Part shown: positions 35,057 to 63,418 of the stretch, piece after piece | Position numbering within the stretch: the stretch's first letter is position 1 | How the letters are laid out: each line of letters opens with the position of its first letter | Assembly (NCBI RefSeq): GCF_039654945.1 | Contig: NW_027361968.1 | Coordinates: 1,984,001 to 2,048,000 of the forward strand | Source: Dendrobates tinctorius | Lineage: Eukaryota | Direction: 5' to 3' | DNA: 64,000 bases | The notes under the pieces: generated by a model | What the model saw: only the letters and a program-made list of their open reading frames with translations | Told to the model about the DNA's origin: nothing | Database searches by the model: none | Program-made: the position numbers and the translations under genes

Positions 35057-37160
35057 TGCATCCTGTATTATACCCCAGAGCTGCACTCACTATTCTGCTG
35101 GTGTAGTCACTGTGTACATACATTACATTACTGATCCTGAGTTACCTCCTGTATTATACTCCAGAGCTGCACTCACTATTCTGCTGGTGCAGTCACTGTG
35201 TACATATATTACATTACTGATCCTGAGTTACCTCCTGTATTATACTCCAGAGCTGCACTCACTATTCTGCTGGTGCAGTCACTGTGTATATACATTACAT
35301 TACTGATCCTGAGTTACCTCCTGTATTATACTCCAGAGCTGCACTCACTATTCTGCTGGTACAGTCACTGTGTACATACATTACATTACTGATCCTGAGT
35401 TACCTCCTGTATTATACTCCAGAGCTGCACTCACTATTCTGCTGGTGCAGTCACTGTGTATATACATTACATTACTGATCCTGAGTTACCTCCTGTATTA
35501 TACTCCAGAGCTGCACTCACTATTCTGCTGGTACAGTCACTGTGTACATACATTACATTACTGATCCTGAGTTACCTCCTGTATTATACTCCAGAGCTGC
35601 ACTCACTATTCTGCTGGTGCAGTCACTGTGTACATATATTACATTACTGATCCTGAGTTACATCCTGTATTATACTCCAGAGCTGCACTCACTATTCTGC
35701 TGGTGCAGTCACTGTGTATATACATTACATTACTGATCCTGAGTTACATCCTGTATTATACTCCAGAGCTGCACTCACTATTCTGCTGGTGCAGTCACTG
35801 TGTACATACATTACTGATCCTGAGTTACATCCTGTATTATACCCCAGAGCTGGACTCACTATTCTGCTGGTGTAGTCACTGTGTACATACATTACATTAC
35901 TGATCCTGAGTTACCTCCTGTATTATACTCCAGAGCTGCTCTCAATATTCTGCTGGTGCAGTCACTGTGTACATACATTACATTACTGATCCTGAGTTAC
36001 CTCCTGTATAATACTCCAGAGCTGCACTCACTATTCTGCTGGTGCAGTCACTGTGTATATACATTACATTACTGATCCTGAGTTACCTCCTGTATTATAC
36101 TCCAGAGCTGCACTCACTATTCTGCTGGTACAGTCACTGTGTACATACATTACATTACTGATCCTGAGTTACCTCCTGTATTATACTCCAGAGCTGCACT
36201 CACTATTCTGCTGGTGTAGTCACTGTGTACATACATTACATTACTGATCCTGAGTTACCTCCTGTATTATACTCCAGAGCTGCACTCTCTATTCTGCTGG
36301 TGCAGTCACTGTGTACATACATTACTGATCCTGAGTTACATCCTGTATTATACCCCAGAGCTGCACTCACTATTCTGCTGGGGCAGTCACTGTGTAGATA
36401 CATTACTGATCCTGAGTAACATCCTGTATTATACTCCAGAGCTGCACTCACTATTCTGCTGGTACAGTCACTGTGTACATACATTACATTACTGATCCTG
36501 AGTTACATCCTGTATTATACTCCAGAGCTGCACTCTCTATTCTGCTGGTGCAGTCACTGTGTACATACATTACTGATCCTGAGTAACATCCTGTATTATA
36601 CTCCAGAGCTGCACTCACTATTCTGCTGGTGCAGTCACTGTGTACATACATTACATTACTGATCCTGAGTTACATCCTGTATTATACTCCAGAGCTGCAC
36701 TCACTATTCTGCTGGTACAGTCACTGTGTACATACATTACATTACTGATCCTGAGTTACATCCTGTATTGTACTCCAGAGCTGCACTCACTATTCTGCTG
36801 GTGCAGTCACTGTGTACATACATTACATTACTGATCCTGAGTTACATCCTGTATTATACTCCAGAGCTGCACTCACTATTCTGCTGGTGCAGTCACTGTG
36901 TACATACATTACTGATCCTGAGTTACCTCCTGTATTATACACCAGAGCTGCACTCACTATTCTGCTGGTGCAGTCACTGTGTACATACATTACATTACTG
37001 ATCCTGAGTTACATCCTGTATTATACTCAAGAGCTGTTCTCACTATTCTGCTGGTGCAGTCACTGTGTACATACATTACATTACTGATCCTGAGTTACAT
37101 CCTGTATTATACCCCAGAGCTGCACTCACTATTCTGCTGGTGCAGACACTGTGTACATAC
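35057..37160. repeat. Second array of the 86-bp satellite, ~25 copies, same orientation as 16838-20571
   Basis: Same consensus unit. Confidence 0.97.
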
Positions 37161-37194
37161 TGAGTATAATACAGGATGTAACTCAGGATCAGTA

Positions 37195-37935
37195 CTTTGT
37201 CCTACTGTTCAGAGACACCTGCACAAATATGGCTTTCATGGGAGAGTCATCAGAAGAAAACCTCTCCTGTGCCCTCACCATAAAATTCAGCATCAGAGGT
37301 ATTCAGAAGAACATGTAAACAAGCCTGGTGCATTTTAGAAACAACTCCTGTTGACCGAAGGTATGTGTAGAGATAAAAGGGCAAAAAATTTCAGGAGAGA
37401 ACATCTCACCAACCATTAAGCATAGTGGTGGATCAGTCATGCTTTGGGGCTGTGTTGCAATCAATGGCACGGGGAACATTTCACGGGTATAAGGAAGAAT
37501 GGATTCAATGAAACTTCAACAAATTCTTGATGCAAACATAACCCCATCTGTAAAAACCTGAAGGTGGAAAGAGGAAGAGGATGGCTGCTACACATGGAGA
37601 ATGATCCTAAACACACGTCACAATCCACAATAGACGACCTCAAAAGGCACAAGATGAAGGTTTTTACAATGGCCCTCACAGTCCCCTGATCTGAATATCA
37701 TTGAAAATCTGTGGCTAAACCTCAAAACAGCAGAGGAAGCGAGACGGCCCAGGAATCTCACAGAACTGGAGGAATTCGCCAAGGAAGAACAGAGGAAAAT
37801 CCCTCAAACCAGAATAAGAAGACTCTTGTCTGACTCCAAAAAGCGTTTACAAGCTGTGATACTTTTAAAAAGGGGGAGATACTCGGTACTAACCATGCAG
37901 GGTGCACAAACTTTTAAATAGGCCCATTTTCCTTT
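37195..37935 (+). mobile_element. 5'-truncated Tc1-family transposon fragment
   Basis: [55 protein letters not shown] in shifting frames. Confidence 0.85.
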
Positions 37936-39474
37936 CAGTAAATTTTTTTTATTACAATATAAGGGAAATGTGTCTTCTGTATCTGGTGGGATGGAAGGAG
38001 ATCTCCATGTCTTCCACGCGATGGACTTAGATCAACCTTAACCCTGTGAGACTGATCCCAATCTTCCGCTAATTGATTCTGCTTCGGTATTATAAGGTAA
38101 CAGGTAAAACATGAACGCGACCCACCGGCCACACACTCCCTTCAGTCTCCACGTCGATGATATAGTAGTAAACGTAAGAACTCTTGAGCAATCGTCTTGT
38201 CTCCATATTGGTCGTGCCATGAGAAGCTGGAGACAAGATGTCACCATGGGACGGTGGTGCCAGCACTGGCCTTGAGATGTTTGAGGGCAAAAATCGGGCA
38301 GCCATGCAGATGTTTACCTTTCTGATTACGGCACCACTCATCCATTCGCCCTTTGGCCCCAACACTGGTTTTTCCACAATAAACCGGTAACTCTGCTAAT
38401 GATATCTTCAACACAAAAGCAAGAATTACTAATTATCTCCCACCAGGCTCCCTCTCTAAAACAATTTTTATGTCACGTACGCTCCTGCCATGAGGAGTGG
38501 ATTTTACTTATCATGTCCACAGACAGGACAACCTCCCAGGCCCCACTCCGCAAGATAAGAGTCATTGTAATGTGCTGGTCTGTAGGGTATTTTGCTCCTT
38601 TATGGAGGTAGTTTCACCTCTCACTTGGTGAGATCTCATCTAGATGTTGATTCTGGAAAGACCTGAAGTTTCTTAGGATTTTGTTTTCCATTAGACACAA
38701 GATTCTTGCCCTAAAATTCACCAATGATATCATATTATCACCCCAACATCAACAACCATGAGAGCAAGGAACCATGAGCTGAGATATGGCTTGTGTATGA
38801 CGACTGGTAACTACTCACCATACTCGGCAGAGCCATATTAGAACGGCTGGTGTCCAGACGATCCATCTTCTGTCTACGTCCAACTTGGCTTCTGAGGGTC
38901 ATCGTGATGTTGTATTCGTGTTCATCACAGAAAAGGAGATATTGGTTGTGTTGTCTATATATATATTTGTTCACGAGAGTAGGGATGTCAGAGGAGACAT
39001 CAACTCTTCAGATGATCCATCTTCTTCTTCCACATTGGGACTTACAAACTCTTCCACAATTAACGTTCCCAAGCACAATGGAGATTTCTTCTTTCGTCTT
39101 CCCAGTGATTGTGTCCTCCATACACCATAATGTTCAGGAGGATAAAGCTGGTGGAGTATTAAGTCTTCTATGGACAATGGAGATATCATTTTCTTCTTCA
39201 CAGAGTTAGAGATATTGTGTCTTTCATCCATGACAAGTCCTAAGCGCTCAGCTTATATTGTGTTAGCCACATGGACAGTGAAGCGTGTGTTCTTCTTGCT
39301 TGTCGAGGGCAATGGGGTCACTGTCCGCTCTTATTCTAGCACAGATTTTATGTGAAGTCACATATAATTAGTCTATCAGCGATTTACAGTATCAGAGAAA
39401 AGTCTCCCGTCCATTTCCCGACTCCTCACAGGGCTGACATACTCAAACCACATCGAGCTGGGAATAGACTCCAA

Positions 39475-39505
39475 GGGTTAGGGTTAGGGTTAGGGTTAGG
39501 GTTAG
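39475..39505 (+). repeat. Interstitial telomere-like repeat (GGGTTA)5
   Basis: GGGTTAGGGTTAGGGTTAGGGTTAGGGTTAG. Confidence 0.85.
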
Positions 39506-39983
39506 CACTTTCTCCACCATCCATAGATAGAAGAGGTGATGGACAGTGGATGATTGGAAGATGTGGAGCAGACCAGAGAGCAGTAATTGTGTAGCAGAAG
39601 AGTAATGAAGCATCTGGAGGCACCAAGGCCCTAGTGGAATCCAACCCCCGCGCCCCTTATAGTTACACCCCTCCACATGGTGCATTAGATGTAGGTTTAA
39701 CTATTGGTCGTGAGTCTGAACCCATCCTCTCTGTACTGTGCAGAGACACGTGGAGACTACACAAGCCCTGATCCTGCAGCTCTGGACCCGTATAGCTGGT
39801 CAGGCAACGCACGACTGCAGACATCTGCTCCTCCGGGGCGGGTAAGATTGCATGCTCGCCCTCCAGGACCCCGGTGGATAAACTGGTATCAAACTGCTCG
39901 GCTCCTCCGGTCCCAGGACAATCAGTGGGAAAGCAAATCGGCAATCAGCTGAACCAAGTACTAGGGTGGTGGACTTCTCTTCC

Positions 39984-42270
<2,287 letters not shown>

Positions 42271-42343
42271 ACTCCTACGTAGCATCACAGGTAGTGTGAC
42301 AGTTGTCATCTGCAGTCTTCAGTAACATCCCAGGCAATGCGAA

Positions 42344-43623
42344 TGGAGCGCCCCACCAGGGCCTAGCGGAATACTCGGTACCGGGCCCGTTGATCTCAAT
42401 GGGAGTTGTCACGGAAGCTGTGACCCGGCCCGTGGCCCTGGGGCTCCATGGCAAGAAGGGGATGTATGAACAATGAAATAAAGTTTATGAATAGTTCGTG
42501 ACGCCACCTGTGGTGTTCGGCAAGTGAGGTGTTAGGCGGACGCTGCATGCAGATCCTCTGGGGCTGGTGGTGTGTTGCAGCCACGATGGTGAAGCTCCCC
42601 ACAGGTGGAGCTGTAGTCTCAGGGCAGTGTGGATGTAGGGGAAGAGGAGAGGCACAGGCGGTGTAGAGGCCGGTGCCCAGATGTAGTAGTGCGGGAATAA
42701 GTGGAGGACACCAGGGCTTGTAGTTCCAAAGCTTTACTCACAGTCTGTAGTACACACAGGTGCCTGCCTCCGTGCTGTGTCCTCCGGGTCAGAGACTCAG
42801 TCGACCTCCAGGTCAGATGGAATGCTCCCTTCCAACACTCTGCCAACATGTGCCTTTCTGAACGTCTCCTCTATAGCGCCTTTAAGTGTGAAGATCTCCT
42901 AGTACTGAGTTACACTGGAGTGCCTCCTGACAGATGTTCCCTAGAACTCTACTTGTACGGCAGACAGCTGTAGCCTGCTTCGGGGACTCCTTACTCCTGA
43001 GTCCCGGCTCACTATTCACGTTACTGTTGTGCCCCCAAGTCTTAGATGGGAGTAGTGCATTTACAGCCCACTACTCCACCGGTGTCTGCTGCAGAACCAT
43101 TAGTGTCCAAACAACCTCGGGGACCGGTCCCCGGCCTTGCGCTTAGAACTTCTAGGCAGGGTTCTTCCTCTAACCCACGTCCTCTGTTCCCTTTTACTCC
43201 TTCGTTTCGTACTAATCCCTCTCTCTCATAGAAGGTCAGGTTTCAGTTCAATGTCTTTCTCCTTCTTTCCTTTCCCATGCCGGCTGGCTCAGATCACTGA
43301 GGCAGCTGCAGCACTCCTTCCTCCATGCCTCTTCCAGGGATCCTCACTCCTCTCTGAGTGACTCTCTCTCTCGCACTCACTGACAGACTGACTGCCTGAC
43401 TGAACCTTCCCGCTCTTTACGTATTCTAAACTCCACCCACCTCCCAACACGTTTCATGTTCCAAGCAGGGAGCCGCAATGTGGCTTTGCTACACTACTTT
43501 GTGGTGTGGGGTGCAGGTGTTGGAGCGTGGTTAGGAGTTTCCACCTTACCTGGATGGTGGGGCACCACACCTCAGGAGGAGATGCAGTACCTCTGTGGCG
43601 ACTGAAGCCTCAGGGGTGCCACA
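42344..43623 (-). mobile_element. Probable solo LTR (Gypsy-like), ~1.28 kb
   Basis: On the minus strand begins TGTGGCACCCC and ends GGGGCGCTCCA (TG...CA with short imperfect terminal inverted repeats). GC-rich, non-coding, interrupts the degenerate 42-bp repeat. No clean target-site duplication (TSD) seen. Confidence 0.55.
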
Positions 43624-44123
43624 CATATATCATACCTGCAGTCCTATGTAGTATCATAAAGTAGTAGATGTTCCCCACAGTCCTACGTAAAATTGTACTT
43701 AATTTGTGAGGTGTCACCTGCAGTCCTATGTAGCATCACAGTTAGTGCACTGTATCTACAGTCCTAGTCAACATCACGGGCAATGAAGTAGCGGCTTCCT
43801 GCAGTCCCATGTAAGATTACAAGTAATGTGGCAGGTGTTTCCTGCAGCGCTGTTGATGTAGCAGAGCTGGATCTGTCACTTTACGTCACATTACCATATG
43901 TCTGAGTTCTATGTCCAGTAGGTAGAGCAGGGACCCATCCTGGCCATGGCTGCTGATGGGGGCAGGTGACATTGTCCTCTTTCAGTCCTCAGGATACTTT
44001 GTCTTAGAGTTACAGCGAAAGTTCCTTCAGGATCTTGTAGGGATGGAGATGACCCTCGCCCCCGCTTTCATTTAGGAGATTCATGAGGACCCCACTATAG
44101 TCAAGTTATTTATGAAGACCTCC

Positions 44124-44156
44124 TTGTTGTTCCTGGCCACTCCACCAGGGGGCAGC
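44124..44156 (+). promoter_or_regulatory. Candidate single CTCF site between elovl8 and the protease cluster
   Basis: Core CCACCAGGGGGCAG at 44142-44155, with TTGTTGTTCC (upstream-module-like) 8 bp upstream. Confidence 0.6.
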
Positions 44157-44269
44157 CTCTGCTCGGTTTACACCCACCTGCTGGTGAGACCCCCAAAGAT
44201 GGTGAAGTCTGAACGTCACCAAAGAATTCTCAGTAAATTAAAATTACTATTAATTAGGCAGTAAGAAAG

Positions 44270-45180
44270 TGAAGCCAAAGACAACAGAAAATCACCCAAA
44301 GCAAAACTCAAACTGTGACACATCATAAAAAAAAATCACAAAATAATACGAAACACAACACATAATAAAGCCCATAAAAAACAACTCCAATAAAAATACA
44401 AAACAAAAAGTGCAACGATATAACTCAAAATATATAACACAAAAGATGAATCAAAACTTTATAAAATCACAAAGTAAACAAAATACAGCGCAACATAGAA
44501 GACAAAACAGCAACAAAAACAAAAAGCTCAAACCTGACAAGAAACACTAAACATCCTGAAAAAAAATCCAGCAAGAAGCAGCACGCAAAATACAGCAAGC
44601 AAAAGACAAATCTGACAAAACCTAAACCACAAAATACAACACAAATGACATGAAGGATAACATAAAAGAAAACCGAAAAATACAAGAGAAACATCAAGAA
44701 GTACAAGAAAATGCTAAATTTAAAACAAAAATGCAGCACAAAACACGAAAGACAAAACAGAATAAAACATAAAAGAACAAATCTAACAAAAAGTATAACA
44801 CAGAACGACCAAAATCACAATACAAATCAAAATAGAACACAAATCTGCAAAAATAAAGAAAAAAAAGATATGAAATACAAATCAAAACACACAAAATGCA
44901 GGAAAAACTATGGATAAAAGTATTATGAAACTCAACACAAACATAAAAATGCCATAAAATGCATCAAAACAACAAAACCCCAGAAAGAATACAATTCATC
45001 TTACAATCATTGAGTGCAACACAATGTAAAACAAATAAATAAATAAAACATAAAATACAAGACGGAAACATAAAATCAAACTAAAAATCCCGAAAAAAAA
45101 CTGCAAAAATATAACACAACATCATGAAATACATCACAAACGAACACACGTAACCAAACACAGCCCAAATCACAAGTCAT
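44270..45180. repeat. A-rich (A/C) aperiodic low-complexity tract
   Basis: ~900 bp dominated by A runs broken by single C or T; strong strand asymmetry. Confidence 0.85.
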
Positions 45181-45968
45181 AAAGGTGTAAAGTAGGAGAA
45201 GGGGAAAGGGGCGACATAGTTTAGAAAAAAACATTCCGTGCCCCCCCATGGACCCTCAATCTTGAACAGATCCAGTTTTGGGGGTCTGGGGTCTAGACCC
45301 CAACAAGTTGAACGGAGCCCGCACTGAGCCTCACAGAGACCTTACTGACCCCTGGGAAGGGGGGGGGGGTCTGGTCACACACAACATATTTGTTGCACTT
45401 TCTCTTTAAAAAATCCCCCCCAAAAAAGAAATGAAAAGTACAAAGATAAGAAGATCTCTCTCTACTCCTGCCGTCCAATCTAATGGGGCAGACAACGAGG
45501 ACCCCCACCCAGAGCCCAATCCTGGTGCCGTAAATCCACCACTTGTTGGGTTTTGGTTTTTATAAAACAATGAAGCGAACGTTTATCTAGAAAATGTGAA
45601 AACAACAAAAAAAAAGTAGAAATAAAATAATAAAATGGATAAAACCCTGGAAGCAATAACGGAGCCCGAGCGGCCGGAGGACGACCTGTGATCCGTGTTC
45701 TATTAATGTTTCATTTCTATATGAGAACATTAGACTTCTATGAATATTTTCGTAACAAGCAACTTTTTGTACATTTTGGAACTTTATACAATTGACTCCA
45801 AGCTCTCAATTTCAATCTATTCTCACGTGGGATGGAGAAAGTCATAAAACAATGGGCAGACAGACTGGCGGAGGTCTATCTTCTCCCTCCAGGGCATCGT
45901 TTGGTGCCTTCTGGACATCTTGGCTAAGTTGCTAATGACTAAGAACCAGTCGGGCAGCTCTAGGTCTC

Positions 45969-45975
45969 TATAAAA
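45969..45975 (+). promoter_or_regulatory. TATA box candidate for serine protease gene 1
   Basis: TATAAAA ~100 nt upstream of the ATG at 46073. Confidence 0.55.
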
Positions 45976-46072
45976 GTCATGTCCTCGGCCCAAGAAACTA
46001 CAAGGGACATCACTATACTCAAGGAATACCAAGAGATAACAGGAGGACAACCACAGCTACCAGCACGGCAAC

Positions 46073-50150
<4,078 letters not shown>

Positions 50151-50737
50151 TTACGTGATGAGTTCTGCAGCAGCTGTGAGATCGTCCAACGTTCTGTCCA
50201 CCAGAAGGTCGGGACGGCAATGATGGTCTTCATGTGTCCTGGCTGGACTCCTACACAAGCTCTACCCCTATCAGCCCTTGAACCTCTGCGATTTACAGCT
50301 TTCTAGAGCCAGTGAGATCTACACACCCACTTTATAGCTTCCATGCATAATTCACATCTAGCTTCTATTAATTGAATGCAAACCTGACAATTCACCCAAA
50401 TCCTGCACAAGACAAAACTGCCTATGTGGCACATACAAGACCAATATATTCAGTGGTCTTTTCCTTCTTCCTATGAATTCTGGCAGCACTATAGGTACAG
50501 AGACTTTCTTTCCCTCACTTCCCAGTATGCATTTCTCCTACCATTGCCAAATGATTTGCCTGCTCTGAACTGAAAGCCGAAGAGACAAACCATCTACCTC
50601 ATTCCTATAGAAAAAAAGACAATCATTTATTTCCTGAAGAGAACCCCCCACTTCCTGTGGAGAGACAAAGACCCACCACACCTTCCTTTGCAGTGACAAA
50701 TACCCGCCTCCACTTCATGAGGAGAGGAAAAGACCCG

Positions 50738-51148
50738 CCCCTGCTTCCGGTGGAGAGATGAAGACCCTCCCCTGCTTCCTGTGGAGCGATGAAGACCCGC
50801 CCCTGCTTCCTGTGGAGAGATGAAGACCCTCCCCTGCTTCCTGTGGAGAGATGAAGACCCTCCCCTGCTTCCTGTGGAGAAATGAAGACCCTCCCCTGCT
50901 TCCTGTGGAGAGATGAAGACCCTCCCCTGCTTCCTGTGGAGAGATGAAGACCCTCCCCTGCTTCCTGTGGAGAGATGAAGACCCTCCCCTGCTTCCTGTG
51001 GAGAGATGAAGACCCTCCCCTGCTTCCTGTGGAGAGATGAAGACCCTCCCCTGCTTCCTGTGGAGAGATGAAGACCCTCCCCTGCTTCCTGTGGAGAGAT
51101 GAAGACCCTCCCCTGCTTCCTGTGGAGAAATGAAGACCCTCCCCTGCT
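50738..51148. repeat. 31-bp minisatellite, ~13 near-identical copies, possibly within the protease 1 3' UTR
   Basis: Unit CCTCCCCTGCTTCCTGTGGAGAGATGAAGAC; an AATAAA cluster follows at ~51329. Confidence 0.93.
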
Positions 51149-52780
51149 TGTAATTGTTTCGTCATTGCATTGGCCATTGGATGAGGTGACTTCATTGAAG
51201 CGACCATATAGGTGTAATGACGTCATCTATACGCAGCAATCTGCTTTATATAATGTCTGCCCCTGTTACAAGAGTTTTCTGTTTCTGATCCAAAAAGACC
51301 CATTTTCCTCACCCCAATTCTTCATGAGAATAAATAATAAACTTGTATTTTTTTATGTTTCAGTGTCTTCTCTGTGTTGGTGACTTGTATCTTCCCGAAT
51401 GGCTCCTTTGAGGACACATTGTAGAACCTCTCCCTCTCTCTGAATGTTACCCCCCCCCCCATGCTATAGAGAGAAGGGGCCCGAGACGCCAGGAGGGGCC
51501 AAAAAACTAACTGTTTTCCATTACTGAAATATTTCCTTCTATCGATGCTCTTCCACAGCAAACACAATGGGGGGATTTACTGTGTGACCTGGGACAGAAT
51601 CCAGGAGAGATTGTGCTAAAAAACCGGCACAGAACAGAAACGGGAAAAACAAGTCACGATGAAGATCAGTAATAACGAAATGTATCTATGGCCTCAAAAG
51701 ACGACAAAACTCCAAATGATGGAAAGAGGAAATCTTCACTGATCCCACCATCGTCTGGGGCAGAGCGGGGGGCGTTCGCCTCATTAGGGGTTCGCTCTAG
51801 GCCACATTTTCACTGTACGCATCTTTGGGCTTTTTGTAACGTATATTTGATGTGGAAAGATTCCTCAGCGTTTCTCACTTGTCACATGTAATGTAAAGCT
51901 TTGGTGACAATCTGGAACTGAACGCAGAGGTCCTGATTACCACCGTATATGATGGATTATCTCTGGGGACATAGATCTGCCTGAGGACTGACGGCACAAC
52001 ACGCGGAGTCCTGTAAGGGCTACTATTCCTCAGAGCTCTATGACATTAATCCTTCGTATACAGTATCTCCATGTACCCATATATAACTAGTATACCTCAT
52101 TTTCATCCCTATGTAATCAGTAATTCTTCATATAGCAGTGATATACTATTAAATTATCTGTACACTTCCATATAACATCTATAAAACTCTAGCAAAACCA
52201 AAGAAATGAGCCAGATCATAACCTGGTGTAGGTACACATTCACACTGCGGCTCATTTCTTTGGTTTTGCTTTTGTTTTTTTGCACTTTCTTCATATGAAG
52301 GCATGGCTCCCCTTTTTGTCTGGGCATTTTGTCTATATAGCTTTCCACAGGCAGGTATCTGAACACTCGGGGCCCAAGTCCTGATCTGCCTCCATCTACT
52401 TTGACGTCTACTGACACATAGTGAGGTTAATTACAAGAGTTAGCGTTCGTCCCAATTGTTTACACCTTGTCGTGGTAGAATGGATTTTACGCTTTTTAAA
52501 AAAAATCAAAATAGTGTTAACTCAGTACCTATGTTATTAGCATGTACTGTTACAATTTATATATTACTGTAACTTACTACCCTATATATGTTCATTTTGT
52601 TTTTGTCAATATATTATTATTATTATGCTTTTGCTTAACCCTGTAAAACCAATACACCTCCACATAACCTCTCTCTATATATGTTGATATATTCATCTTC
52701 TCATTGTTGTTTTGATGCAACATTCATGTACTGATGCTGAGTATGGTGCTGTATTCAAGTACTGAAGATATTTCTGGTAA

Positions 52781-53535
52781 TGTATTCATGTACTGTTGAT
52801 GGTTCTTGTGCTGTGTTTATGTACTGTTGATGGTTCCTGTGCTGTATTTATGTACTGTTGATGGTTCTTGTGCTGTGTTTATGTACTGTTGATGGTTCCT
52901 GTGCTGTATTCATGTACTGTTGATGGTTCTTGTGCTGTATTCATGTACTGTTGATGGTTCCTGTGCTGTATTCATGTACTGTTGATGGTTCTTGTGCTGT
53001 ATTCATGTACTGTTGATGGTTCATGTGCTGTATTCATGTACTGTTGATGGTTCCTGTGCTGTATTCATGTACTGTTGATGGTTCCTGTGCTGTATTCATG
53101 TACTGTTGATGGTTCTTGTGCTGTGTTTATGTACTGTTGATGGTTCCTGTGCTGTATTTATGTACTGTTGATGGTTCTTGTGCTGTGTTTATGTACTGTT
53201 GATGGTTCCTGTGCTGTATTCATGTACTGTTGATGGTTCTTGTGCTGTATTCATGTACTGTTGATGGTTCCTGTGCTGTATTCATGTACTGTTGATGGTT
53301 CTTGTGCTGTATTCATGTACTGTTGATGGTTCATGTGCTGTATTCATGTACTGTTGATGGTTCCTGTGCTGTATTCATGTACTGTTGATGGTTCTTGTGC
53401 TGTATTCATGTACTGTTGATGGTTCCTGTGCTGTATTCATGTACTGTGATGCTTCTTGTGCTGTATTCATGTACTGTTGATGGTTCCTGTGCTGTATTCA
53501 TGTACTATTGGTGGTTCTTGTAATGTATTCATGAA
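52781..53535. repeat. 31-bp minisatellite, ~24 copies
   Basis: Unit GTACTGTTGATGGTTC(T/C)TGTGCTGTATTCAT. Confidence 0.93.
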
Positions 53536-54089
53536 CTGATGGTGGCTCTGGGGATGTGTTTATGTGCAGGTTCTGGTGATGTATTATTCGTGTTGTTTTG
53601 GTGATGTATTCAAGTACAGCTGGTGATGATGCTATAAAAATATTTTAACTGTTTCGCGTCTTTCTAAATCTGAAGTGGCTAAAAGAAGTTCAAAAGACTA
53701 AACATATCATCAGCAAGTTGTTTTTTACACTACGCTTCATGCGTTCATTCTTATTAGCGTTTATTTAGCACTTTTTCGGGCCCATTAAGGAGTGGATCCA
53801 CCTGAAATAGACAATATGTGCAAATATACCCTTAGTCTATCTTACCAATAGGGGGCATGAACACATCAAGTGCCTAAGGCAGCATGAGCGCCAAATACGG
53901 CCCTGGCTGCAGGACAGAACAGACACCTGCTCACCCAGGTCCATTGAGGTCACCGAGGAGGTGACATTAGTATCGCACAGCATGTCTAATATCCACAGAC
54001 AATTGGTTTATATCTACTATTTTCATGCCTGAATTTATCAATTTAGGTGCATTATTGAAGGAGAAGAGGCACTTCATATATTATCTTGA

Positions 54090-54512
54090 GTCCCTGCTAC
54101 CTCATATTCCTGTAATCTCATATATTGTCCTGTGCCCTGCTACGTCATGTTCCTGCTCCCTCATATATGGTCCTGTGCCCCTGCTGTTCTGTTTCCTGCT
54201 ACCTCATATTCCTGCTACCTCATATATGGTCCTGTGCCCCAGCTACATCATGTTCCTGCTCCCTCATATATGGTCCTGTGCCCTAGCTACCTCATATTCC
54301 TGCTAACTGATATATTGTCCCTTGCTCCTGCTACCTCTTATCCTGCTGCCTCATGTATGATTCTGTGTCCCTGCTACCTCATATATGGTCCTGTGCCCTA
54401 GCTACCTCATATTCCTGCTACCTCATATATGGTTCTGTGTCCTGCTACCTCATGTTCCTGCTACTTTATATAACATCCTGCGCCCCTGCTACCTCATATT
54501 CCTGCTACCTCA
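54090..54512. repeat. Degenerate minisatellite upstream of protease gene 2
   Basis: CCTGCTACCTCATAT(T/ATGGTCCTGTGC) variants. Confidence 0.8.
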
Positions 54513-54828
54513 GACGCTGATCATAGTTGTGTCTTCATAGAGCAAAGCTAAAAATACAGCCGAGCATCTGGTTAGAATGAACCTTAGGTGGTGGTTGACT
54601 TCATGGACGTTATTTGAGATCATCACCATGACTGTTTCCTCATCTGACGTACACCAAATAAATTGTCACCTTCTGTACCCAGGAGCTTCTGTCCCTCTGT
54701 GGACATGACGGTGCCAGAACCGGTCTGGCAGCTTCAATGCTCCTTAAAATCTCCTCATCACCGTGTCCGACTCATAGAGAGTGACCGATCTGTGAGCAGA
54801 TCCCCAAGAGGACATCACCACCAGCAAG

Positions 54829-63418
<8,590 letters not shown>

